A stretch of DNA of 64,000 bases from Tubulanus polymorphus (lineage: Eukaryota; Animalia; Nemertea). Below, piece after piece: positions 38,136 through 47,037 of this stretch. A program made the translations under genes and the position numbers. The notes below the pieces were generated by a model. That model had not been told where the DNA came from. It saw nothing but the letters and a program-made list of their open reading frames with translations, and ran no database searches. The stretch is from positions 6,719,101 through 6,783,100 of the forward strand of contig NC_134035.1 of NCBI RefSeq assembly GCF_964204645.1, read 5' to 3'. The stretch's first letter is position 1, and each line of letters opens with the position of its first letter.

Positions 38136-39551
38136 ATGGCAGATAGTTTTCCAAAAGCTTTCCAATATAATAAATCAATTAAATATAATATTCCAGCAAT
38201 AGATTTTAATAAAGATATTACATATAGAAATGAAGTTTTAGATTCATTAACTAATTTAGAAATTTATGTTACTGAAACTAATAATTTTAATGCAAAGATG
38301 GAAAATATATTTCATGTATATTTAATTAATTTTAAAAAATTGAAAGATGAAAAACAATGGTTATTAAAATCTAATATGAAGTATTGGCAGAACCAATTAA
38401 ATTTTGCTGTTTATTGTGCAACAACAGGATGTGGAATTAGTTGGAATGATCATTTGAATAATTCTAAATATAAATTAATTCAAAGTTTATTTAGATTTCA
38501 TACATACTTTCAAATCAGAATAATATTAAATGAATTAGAGTGTGCTTTACCAGGATCTAGGTATTTCAAAGAATTAGATAATAATATCAATTTATCAAAG
38601 TTTTATAAAATTTGTAATGAATTTAATATAGATATAAATAATTCTGATTTTAGAACAAAAATTGGAACAATAAGATCACTTCCTTGCCCTAAAAAGATTG
38701 CAGAATATTGTGCACTTCCCATACCATCTAATAGTTTTTATAATATCTGTAATAAAAAATTAGGTTATGGTAAAATAGAAACAAAGGATTTAGAAACATT
38801 AAATTTCAATAAATTACCAAAATTTTATGATAATTTAAAACAAGAAAACAATAATGGTTGGGTTTATTTTATTTTAGAAAATAGTGAAGGTTTTACTAAA
38901 TCAGGTATAGAAAGAATAAATCAATCTATTAGAACTTATTTGATTTGTATTCTAGGATCACAAGTTGAAACAAGATCACCGATAATTGGAAATTTGAATA
39001 CATCATTCGATACACAAAAACAGTTTAAAGTTTTATTTGAAGATTCCATACATAATGATAAAAATAGATCGATTCCAGAAAACATTATAAGATATCAAAA
39101 TTATTTAGATAAATCTCATGTAAGACTTAATTATTGTATAGGCCCTAATCTATTAATTATTTCTAATGATTTAGTATTAAAGATGGGAAACATAATTGGT
39201 TATAATAATCTAATTAAAACTGCAACAATAAATAATTCATTTGGGTTAAATGATATAAATAAAAAGATTATTACTGCTCCAAAATTAATGGAAGGTGAAA
39301 AAAATAAAAAACACATTCAATCAACTGAAACTAAAACTAAGAATATTAAATTAAATAATGATTCTAAAATAAAAGATTATAATACATCAGAAAATAATAG
39401 AACTGATAATGGTGTCATATGGCACCCACACGGTGATATTCAACATGATATAATTAAACTAAATGATGATAATAAATCCCATGAAAATACTAAATTAGCT
39501 ATAACTTGTATAGGAATTGTAATCGGAGGAATATTATATTTTAAATTTTAA
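38136..39551 (+). CDS. Large viral protein with C-terminal membrane anchor (471 aa), function unknown
   Basis: Intact ORF with TAAATG start, Cys-containing core (QLNFAVYCATTGCGIS) and C-terminal TM (LAITCIGIVIGGILYF). Confidence 0.82.
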   Translation: MADSFPKAFQYNKSIKYNIPAIDFNKDITYRNEVLDSLTNLEIYVTETNNFNAKMENIFHVYLINFKKLKDEKQWLLKSNMKYWQNQLNFAVYCATTGCGISWNDHLNNSKYKLIQSLFRFHTYFQIRIILNELECALPGSRYFKELDNNINLSKFYKICNEFNIDINNSDFRTKIGTIRSLPCPKKIAEYCALPIPSNSFYNICNKKLGYGKIETKDLETLNFNKLPKFYDNLKQENNNGWVYFILENSEGFTKSGIERINQSIRTYLICILGSQVETRSPIIGNLNTSFDTQKQFKVLFEDSIHNDKNRSIPENIIRYQNYLDKSHVRLNYCIGPNLLIISNDLVLKMGNIIGYNNLIKTATINNSFGLNDINKKIITAPKLMEGEKNKKHIQSTETKTKNIKLNNDSKIKDYNTSENNRTDNGVIWHPHGDIQHDIIKLNDDNKSHENTKLAITCIGIVIGGILYFKF

Positions 39552-39568
39552 TTTTTTTTATTATATAA

Positions 39569-40999
39569 ATGGATGTAGAAGGTGTAGAAGATATTGGAAT
39601 GGATCCTTTGGATGAACCTGGTATAACTGATGAACAACCACCTGATTTAGATGAAACAAGTTTTAATGATGGTAATGAACCAGAATATAACAATAATTTA
39701 AATATGCCTGATTATATTAAAAATGCTTAATCACAATTAAATCCTGAAAATTTAGACCCAGATTTAGTAAAACAAGATTTAGATAATTTAAACAAAATAC
39801 CTAAATTAGAAGATTTAATTGAAAAATCTAATTTTAACATAAATGATGAAGACGTTGGACTTTTAGCAGATCAATTAAAATTTTTAGATAATGGTAAATG
39901 TTATTATCGTTTGAAAGGTGATTATTATATTGATATCACTTATAAAAATAATAAAAATAAAATATTATCAGAATCAACTTTAGAAAAATTAAAACCAGAT
40001 AGAATTAAAATAATAAGTAATAGTAATGAAATAACTGATGTTACACAAAAAGAAATAGATGATAATATAGATGTATTTAAACAAAGAATTAATGAATTAT
40101 TTGAAATAATCAAAAAGAAATCAGAAACAGAAACAACTTCTGAACAGAATATAACTTCCAAAACTAGTAAACTTAGATCAAATAAAGTTCCAATTGAAAA
40201 ACTTTTACCGAATGGATTACTTGATGCAACAGATCAAGAATTAGAAGATTTAGATATATTTTCTGATAAAGCAATTAGAGAAATTATTAGTATAAGACTT
40301 GCATCTGATAAAATTGCGCATGATAAAAGTATAAGAGATTTTAAAATTAGAACTTTAGAAAAAGAATTAACTGATAAAAATAAAGAAATAGAACAATTAA
40401 AGTCTGATTTAGATCATCAAGTAATTGATGAAATAGAATATAGGCAAAAAGAATTACGTTTAGAAAAAGAAAAAGATGATTTAGAATATAACATAGAATT
40501 ACAAAAAGAAGAAATTAAATTATTATTAAAATCATATGATTATAATATTAATAGATTAAAAGTTATTTTTAAAGATTTGTTGATTAAACCAAATTCTGAA
40601 ATATCATTAAAAGATAGAATAAGATTATTATTTAAATTAGAAGGAATAACAATTCTTTCAATTCTAACAGCTGTAACTATGTTATTTACAACAATTGGTT
40701 TAGCTATATCAAATGCTTTGAAATCTACTCCTCCTCCAAATAAACCGGATAAACCTCCAGGTAATAATTCTATACAAGATAAAGTTAAAGATGGTTTAAA
40801 GAAATTAGCAAAATATTTATGGGAACTATCAAAGAAATCTGCTGCAGCATTACCAGGAGTTATTGCATCAATTGTTGGTTTTATATTGAAATCTGCAGGA
40901 AACATTATTAACTTTGCTGCTGAACATATTATTTTATTTTTAATCACAGTTGTAAGTGCTATTATTTTTGGGTTAGTGAATATGATAAAAAATAAATAA
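39569..40999 (+). pseudogene. Coiled-coil protein with hydrophobic/amphipathic C-terminal helices (~476 codons), one premature stop at 39728-39730
   Basis: The TAAATG start at 39569 is in frame with ORF 39911-40999; a single TAA interrupts it. C-terminal GITILSILTAVTMLFTTIGLAI...ALPGVIASIVGFIL...IILFLITVVSAIIFGLV. Confidence 0.8.
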
Positions 41000-41019
41000 T
41001 TAATTTTTTTGTTAAATAA

Positions 41020-42267
41020 ATGAGTGGGAGTTATATAAGTCCTTCGAAGAATCATAGAATATCTAATGCTATTAAAGCAGAAAGATTACATCATATAATT
41101 ACTCATAACCCTTCAAATATTAATCCCGATGAAACTTTATATGTTAGAATTCCTAGATTAACACAAAATACTTTTTATGTTCCAAACAGTATTTATTTAT
41201 CAGCTGATATAAAAGTAATCGGTAATAATAATAATTATGTTGTTGATAATGTTGGAAGATATTTGATTAAAAAGTTAACAATAAAGATTGGTCCAGAAAC
41301 AGTTTTCTCATTAGATGATTATAATTTATTTATGCATTATAAAGATTTATGGTTAACTAAAGAAAACAGAAATAATATGATATTTCAGGGTATTCAATCA
41401 GAAAACCAAAATAAATTAAGATCAGAAGCTAATAGCGCAATATTAACAAATGATGTAGATAAATTGATAAAAAGTATATATGGAAGCAAATATAAAATTC
41501 CATTAGACTTTGAATTGATAAATAATAATGCACCTTTATATAAATACGCAATTCAAGAAGATATTATATTTGAGATAACATTTGCTCCTGTAAATGAAAT
41601 TGTATTATCTAGCGTTAATAAAGATATGAGTTATAAATTATCGAATATATGTTTAGAATATAATACAGTAACTGATGAAAATATTGCTAGAACAATTCAA
41701 ACTCAATACAATCAAGGATTTTCATTATTATATGATTATATTGATAAATTTAAAACTGTAACTATTAATGCAAATGATGAAATAATTAATGAGAATATTA
41801 ACTTTCCTAGAAGATCTAATAAAGGTATATTAATATTTTTTACTATTGGAACGTATACTAATGGCGCAATAAATGTTGATAATTATTATAATCCTGAAAT
41901 AACAAAAGTAGAAATAACTATCGAAGGTATAGCAAATAAAATATTTTGTCAAGGAATGAGAATGATAGATCAATGGGTAGAAATTAAAAAACATTTTATG
42001 AATGAAAAAATAAAATCATTTGAAAATTGTAACATTAATCAAATTGATTATTATACCGGTAATAAATATGCATTATGGTTAGATTTTAGAACAACAGAGG
42101 ATAATTCATTACATGGTTCTGGAAAAAAACTACAAAACACAAAAGATGGAATACAATTATTCATGAAAAAGAATAAAGGAATCAAAAATTTTAAAATGCA
42201 CATTTATATTATATCTGACGCGCAATTAAATATTGTAAATTCACAATTAGATAGTATTCAATATTAG
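41020..42267 (+). CDS. Probable major capsid protein (double jelly-roll)
   Basis: 415 aa, beta-strand-rich, no TM. Segments such as LYVRIPRL, NVGRYLIKKLTIKIG, YKIPLDF, YKLSNICLEY and YALWLDFR resemble Polinton-like MCPs, and it is the only candidate of this size in the element. Confidence 0.72.
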   Translation: MSGSYISPSKNHRISNAIKAERLHHIITHNPSNINPDETLYVRIPRLTQNTFYVPNSIYLSADIKVIGNNNNYVVDNVGRYLIKKLTIKIGPETVFSLDDYNLFMHYKDLWLTKENRNNMIFQGIQSENQNKLRSEANSAILTNDVDKLIKSIYGSKYKIPLDFELINNNAPLYKYAIQEDIIFEITFAPVNEIVLSSVNKDMSYKLSNICLEYNTVTDENIARTIQTQYNQGFSLLYDYIDKFKTVTINANDEIINENINFPRRSNKGILIFFTIGTYTNGAINVDNYYNPEITKVEITIEGIANKIFCQGMRMIDQWVEIKKHFMNEKIKSFENCNINQIDYYTGNKYALWLDFRTTEDNSLHGSGKKLQNTKDGIQLFMKKNKGIKNFKMHIYIISDAQLNIVNSQLDSIQY

Positions 42268-42297
42268 AAATATAAAGTTAAAATTAAGCGTATATAA

Positions 42298-43425
42298 ATG
42301 GGTGGTAAAAAATCTCCTAATACTAAAGAACAATATTTAAGAAATTTATATTACAACCCTGAGAGTTCGGTTGCTTATTCTTCTACCAAACATATATGGC
42401 GTCAAGTAAAACAAGATAAATTAGATAAGATAATCCCACAAAATTTAGTTAAATATAAAGATATAAATGAATTTATGTTAGAACAACCAACATATACAAC
42501 ACATAAAAAAATTGTTAGAAAATATAAAACTCGTAAAACTATGGTAAGTTATGTAGATCAACAGTGGCAAGGAGATTTAATTGATATAAAAAATGTTAAG
42601 AAAGATAATGATGATTATTGGTGGTTATTGAATATAATTGATATTTTTAGTCGTTATGTATGGAGCTTCCCACTTTATAGAAAAGATGCTGTACAAACAT
42701 CAAATGTTTTAAGAAAATTTCTTTCGGATGATAAACTAAAACCAGAAAAAATACAATTTGATGATGGAAAAGAATTTGATAATTCACTTGTTCATGGACT
42801 TTTAGATTTTCATAATATTAAATATTTTTCAACAAAATCGGATAAAAAAGCAGCAGTTGTTGAACGATTTAATAGAACATTAAGAACAAGAATGTGGAAA
42901 TATTTTACAGCAAATAATACTTTTAAATGGATTGATGTTTTACCAAAATTGATAGAAGGATATAATACTTCTTATCATTCTTCTATTGGAATGAAACCTA
43001 TTGATGCTAGAAAACCTGAAAATGCTGAAATTGTTTGGAATAATTTATATGGAGCATTTCTTGTAGATGATTTTGGTGAACCTAAATTTAAAGTTGGTCA
43101 AAATGTTAGAATTTCTAAGTATAAAAAGATATTTGACAAAGGATACGATCGAAATTTTACTAGAGAAATATATAAAATAAAAAAGGTAATAACAACAAAA
43201 CCATATGTCTATAAATTAGAAGATTTAGATGGTGAAGAAGTTGATGGTTACTTTTACGAAGAAGAATTAAGTTTAACTACTGAAAATCTAGAACAAGAAT
43301 ATAAAATTGAAAAAGTACTAAAAACAAAAACTGTTAAAATAAAAAAATATTCTTTAGTAAAATGGGTTGGATGGCCAGATAAATTCAATGAATGGATATT
43401 ATCAAGTAAAATTAAAAATATATAA
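42298..43425 (+). CDS. Retroviral-like (RVE) DDE integrase with C-terminal chromodomain
   Basis: WQGDLID, IIDIFSRY, QFDDGKEF, KAAVVERFNRTL, YNTSYHSSIGMKP, FKVGQNVRIS, and chromodomain YKIEKVL...LVKWVGWPDKFNEWI. Confidence 0.96.
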   Translation: MGGKKSPNTKEQYLRNLYYNPESSVAYSSTKHIWRQVKQDKLDKIIPQNLVKYKDINEFMLEQPTYTTHKKIVRKYKTRKTMVSYVDQQWQGDLIDIKNVKKDNDDYWWLLNIIDIFSRYVWSFPLYRKDAVQTSNVLRKFLSDDKLKPEKIQFDDGKEFDNSLVHGLLDFHNIKYFSTKSDKKAAVVERFNRTLRTRMWKYFTANNTFKWIDVLPKLIEGYNTSYHSSIGMKPIDARKPENAEIVWNNLYGAFLVDDFGEPKFKVGQNVRISKYKKIFDKGYDRNFTREIYKIKKVITTKPYVYKLEDLDGEEVDGYFYEEELSLTTENLEQEYKIEKVLKTKTVKIKKYSLVKWVGWPDKFNEWILSSKIKNI

Positions 43426-44034
43426 ATGAATAAGGAATTATTTATATTTGAGCCTCATAATATGTTAATTTCTGGTGTAACAAATTGTGGAAAAACTTAT
43501 TTTATATTAAATTTATTAGAAACTATTTACAAAAACTATTTTGATAATATAGTATTATTTTGTCCAACATATGAATTTAATCAAACTTATGATAGAAATA
43601 TTACTAGAAATAATAAATTTATTATATTAGATCCTAAAACAGTAAAAGAAAATTTAGATAATTGTATAAAAATAGCAATTGATATTTATAAAGGATCAAA
43701 TACATTATTTATCATAGATGATTGTGCTAATCTACATGATTCAAAAGTTAGAGAAAGTGAGTTATGTTATTTAGCTTTTTCTGGTAGACATTTTGGGATA
43801 ACAACTTGGGTTTTAAATCAAAAATATAATTCAATTGTTAAAAACTTTAGAGAAAACATTAGATTTCTAGTTTTATTCTACAATAAAGATAGAAAATCGA
43901 TGAAAAATGCACTTGAGGAAAATGATATTATTCCACATGATTTACATAATGAATATATGGATAAGTTGAAAAATATTAAAAGATCAAAATTACTATTTAG
44001 ATTACAACACCCATTTAAATATGAATTTATTTAA
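43426..44034 (+). CDS. A32-like FtsK/HerA DNA packaging ATPase
   Basis: Walker A GVTNCGKT, Walker B LFIIDD, arginine finger GRH, conserved Q (VLNQ). Confidence 0.93.
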   Translation: MNKELFIFEPHNMLISGVTNCGKTYFILNLLETIYKNYFDNIVLFCPTYEFNQTYDRNITRNNKFIILDPKTVKENLDNCIKIAIDIYKGSNTLFIIDDCANLHDSKVRESELCYLAFSGRHFGITTWVLNQKYNSIVKNFRENIRFLVLFYNKDRKSMKNALEENDIIPHDLHNEYMDKLKNIKRSKLLFRLQHPFKYEFI

Positions 44035-44312
44035 ATTCAACTAGCTTGTTAATCTAATTGAATTCTAGTTACATTCTAGTTGAATTCTAGTTGTTAGTAG
44101 TTGAAACAAAAATCAACTAGATTTAACAATATTTCAACTAGCTTGTTAATCTAGTTTAATTCTAGTTGAATTCTAGTTGAATTCTAGTTGTTAGTAGTTG
44201 AAACAAAAATCAACTAGAATGTAACTAGAAATAAACAAAAACAACAATATTTCAACTAGCTTGTTAATCTAGTTGAATTCTAGTTACATTCTAGTTAAAT
44301 TCTAGTTGCAAC
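44035..44312. repeat. Intergenic array of 11 bp (T)TCTAGTTGAA(T) iterons in both orientations, three higher-order units
   Basis: TTCAACTAGCTTGTTAATCTA(G/A)TT starts at ~44036, ~44132 and ~44250, each followed by tandem TTCTAGTT(GA/AC/AA)A copies. Confidence 0.9.
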
Positions 44313-44339
44313 AACACAACTAATTTGTTTGTTATATAA

Positions 44340-44945
44340 ATGGGAGGTGAAAAGAAAATAAAATCTAAAAATGGTGATGTTCCAATTGAAAAAACTTTAG
44401 ATGATTTAGGAATAACAGAAACAAAATTAACTCCAGATGATGGTGCTTTAAATAATGTTACAACAAATAATAGTTATGAATATTATCTTTATTGTAAACA
44501 TCAATTAGAAATATTAATAGCATCTGGAAAATGTAAAAATTTTGTCGGTAAAAATTTAACTTATAATGAATTAGATACAATGAAATCAGATGAAATTATT
44601 AGATTATTTAAGATTTATGAATCCGCGAGAACAGCTAGAATTAATGACGCGATATCAGAAAATGTAGTAAAAGGTTATAGTAAATTATGTAATTATATAC
44701 TACCAATTGAAGATGAAAATAGATTATATTCCGATTTAAAAAATGATTATTTAGTTATGACTGAATTAAATAAATGGATTGGATATTTATCATTTCAATT
44801 AGGTGGATTTATGACATTATTATCAACTGGAGTTATAACATTTTCAAATATTGAAAGTAAAAATATTTCTATAATAAATGAGCGAGGTGAAAGAAGTGAA
44901 GGAATTACCTGTGAAGAAAAAACCGAGAACTCAGAAACAAATTGA
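44340..44945 (+). CDS. Hypothetical viral protein (201 aa)
   Basis: TAAATG start, intact ORF, late hydrophobic segment WIGYLSFQLGGFMTLLSTGVITF. Confidence 0.78.
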   Translation: MGGEKKIKSKNGDVPIEKTLDDLGITETKLTPDDGALNNVTTNNSYEYYLYCKHQLEILIASGKCKNFVGKNLTYNELDTMKSDEIIRLFKIYESARTARINDAISENVVKGYSKLCNYILPIEDENRLYSDLKNDYLVMTELNKWIGYLSFQLGGFMTLLSTGVITFSNIESKNISIINERGERSEGITCEEKTENSETN

Positions 44946-45246
44946 ATGGTCTCGACAATTAGGAATTAAATCACAAGAATATAAAAAAGCTGTAAAAGAA
45001 AAAATAAGTAATAAAAATGTTAATAAAAATGGTGAAAATATTGTTATTTCTACTCCTTCTGATAGTAGAATATTTGATAAATATTTATATTTTACAGTTG
45101 GATTTGTAATTGTATTCATTTTGATTGGGTGTAATTGGTATAAGAAATCAAATAAAATTCATGATATTAGTAATTCTGAAACAACTGCTATCAAAAATGA
45201 AAGTACTTCTGAAATTCCAAAATTTATAATAAAAAAAATGGATTAA
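44878..45246 (+). CDS. Basic N-terminus + single-TM viral protein (122 aa)
   Basis: TAAATG start overlapping the previous gene; KKKPRTQKQ; TM YLYFTVGFVIVFILIGC. Confidence 0.75.
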   Translation: MSEVKEVKELPVKKKPRTQKQIEWSRQLGIKSQEYKKAVKEKISNKNVNKNGENIVISTPSDSRIFDKYLYFTVGFVIVFILIGCNWYKKSNKIHDISNSETTAIKNESTSEIPKFIIKKMD

Positions 45247-45315
45247 TATTTTAGAAAAAAAAACAAAAAAATAATTAAATATCTCACTGTGGGGCAATTA
45301 AATTATCCAGATAAG

Positions 45316-45990
45316 TCATTTCGGATCCTTGATATCAAATTCCTCAACGTATCGTTCATTATTTGGATTATTGTTCCATAATTCAATAAATTTTTTTGTT
45401 TTTTCCAGTTGATCTAAATATAATTTCATATCTAGTTTGTTAGATTTAATTATATTTTCTTTCTTTTCTAAAGGTCTTAAATTTCTCCAGTTCCAGATTA
45501 GCTTCTTATCATATTCATCATTCATATCAAATTTAGAAATCGGCAACACATGATCAATATGAAAGTATTCACCATAATTATCTATATTCATTTTATCATC
45601 GAATTGAAATATAATCCATGATTTGAGAAATTCATCTGAACAACCCAACAAATTAGTTAATGTTTCTGAATGCGTTTCTTTGTTGAATAATTGTGTTGAT
45701 CTAGACCTTAAACATTGTTTTAATCTAAAATTAAGATCTGTTTTATATTTTTCTCTCATATATTTTGTCATATAATCATTATAAGATTCTCTATTATCTT
45801 CTCGATATTGTTTGGTATATAGTTTAAAACAAGTTTTACAGCAATTTTTAAAACCATCTTTGCTAATCTTACGCTTACTAAATTCTGTAAATGATTTATC
45901 TAATTCACATTTAGAACACTTCTTGTAGTATATGTTTATAACACCAGTGTTATTTGTAATATTGATAGTTTGTGGTTGTTCTGGTTCCAT
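45316..45990 (-). CDS. Zn-finger + HNH endonuclease (giant-virus homing-nuclease type)
   Basis: KKCSKC...EF...KDG...CKTC, then FHIDHVLPIS...NWRNLRPLEKKENIIKSNK. Confidence 0.85.
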   Translation of the reverse strand: MEPEQPQTINITNNTGVINIYYKKCSKCELDKSFTEFSKRKISKDGFKNCCKTCFKLYTKQYREDNRESYNDYMTKYMREKYKTDLNFRLKQCLRSRSTQLFNKETHSETLTNLLGCSDEFLKSWIIFQFDDKMNIDNYGEYFHIDHVLPISKFDMNDEYDKKLIWNWRNLRPLEKKENIIKSNKLDMKLYLDQLEKTKKFIELWNNNPNNERYVEEFDIKDPK

Positions 45991-46179
45991 TTATTAGGAA
46001 AAAAAATTACTTGTGGTGATGAGTATGAAAAAAAAAAAAATTGAATATCTCACTACTTTTGTCTATCACTGTGTGGGTGCTGTTTATGGCACCATCTATG
46101 TGGAGCAATTAAATTGTCCAGATAAGTCATTTCGGATTCTAGATATTCATTATTTTTATTAATTTATTTTTTAAAAAAT

Positions 46180-46506
46180 TTAATCAACAATTTCTAAATC
46201 ATGATGACCGTCTTCATTTTTCCCATGATATATTATTTTAAATCCTACTAAATCTTTCAATTCCTCCATACTCAATGAAACCCATTTATCGGGTAAAAAC
46301 ACTTTAAATTCTCGCGATGTACTAACATTACAGTAGCTTAAATTAGCTGATACTTTCTCTCCATATTTAGTTTTTATCTTTTCTAATTTCAATATTTTAT
46401 GTTCAATTTCTTTTGTAACATCAACTAACTTTTTTATTTCAAATTGTTTTTTTGCTGGTTTTATTCTGTTATTTATTGTTGCTAAGAATGCTTTTCTATC
46501 TCCCAT
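46180..46506 (-). CDS. Small basic protein (108 aa), possibly OB-fold nucleic-acid binding
   Basis: Same promoter box as the PolB unit; TKYG...KVFLP beta-strand pattern. The fold is inference only. Confidence 0.65.
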   Translation of the reverse strand: MGDRKAFLATINNRIKPAKKQFEIKKLVDVTKEIEHKILKLEKIKTKYGEKVSANLSYCNVSTSREFKVFLPDKWVSLSMEELKDLVGFKIIYHGKNEDGHHDLEIVD

Positions 46507-46747
46507 TTATAAGGAAAACAAATTACTTGTGGTGATGAGTGGGGATTACTTCCCCCTATATAACAAGCACGCTATTAACCGTTCTCACCCAAGCCTCACA
46601 GCATCTATTTATCCGGGTACAGTTGACACGCAATCACTGTACTACAGTAATAGCACACACATTAATAACCGTTCTCAGTAGAGACTCACTGTATCGATCT
46701 ATCCACACGCAGCTGTTGTTACGCGCACTCACTGTTTATGTGTGTCA

Positions 46748-47037
46748 CAATTTTACTACGTAATATTTCTAAAATTTCAATTGTATCTTTTATTTCTAAT
46801 GAATCAATATAATTTCTAACATTTTCCATGTAAGGTTTATCGATGTATTTTTTACAATATTGACAATAATATTGATTTTTATTGACATTATTGTTTTCTA
46901 GTTGGAACTCACTCTCTCCCATTTATTAGGGAAAAAAATTACTTGTGGTGATGAGTAGGAAAAAAAAATTACTTGTGGTGATGAGTGGTGTCTCGTCCTC
47001 TCGTCCTCTGGCCTGAAAGCCACATATTCTAATTACT
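46748..47037 (-). repeat. Right terminal inverted repeat of the Polinton-like element
   Basis: Matches the left end except for a 290 bp internal gap. Encodes a short ZnF-PolB N-terminal fusion ORF (46719-46922). Confidence 0.93.

Larger units (their letters stand above)
30376..47037 (+). mobile_element. Polinton/Maverick-like endogenous DNA virus (adintovirus/PLV-like), 16,662 bp
   Basis: Ends AGTAATTAGAATATG...CATATTCTAATTACT, 6 bp TSD TAAATA (30370-30375 and 47038-47043), long TIRs. Intronless, very AT-rich gene array with pPolB, RVE integrase, A32 ATPase and capsid-like genes. Confidence 0.97.

Noticed and set aside
40540-41055. 171 aa antisense ORF in the viral element (also 33061-33246, 39940-40161 and 44931-45119)
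   Set aside because: Shadows of + strand genes; they lack the TAAATG start shared by the real genes.
44035-44312. Possible CRISPR-like array
   Set aside because: The intervening sequences are themselves repeats; there are no unique spacers and no cas genes.
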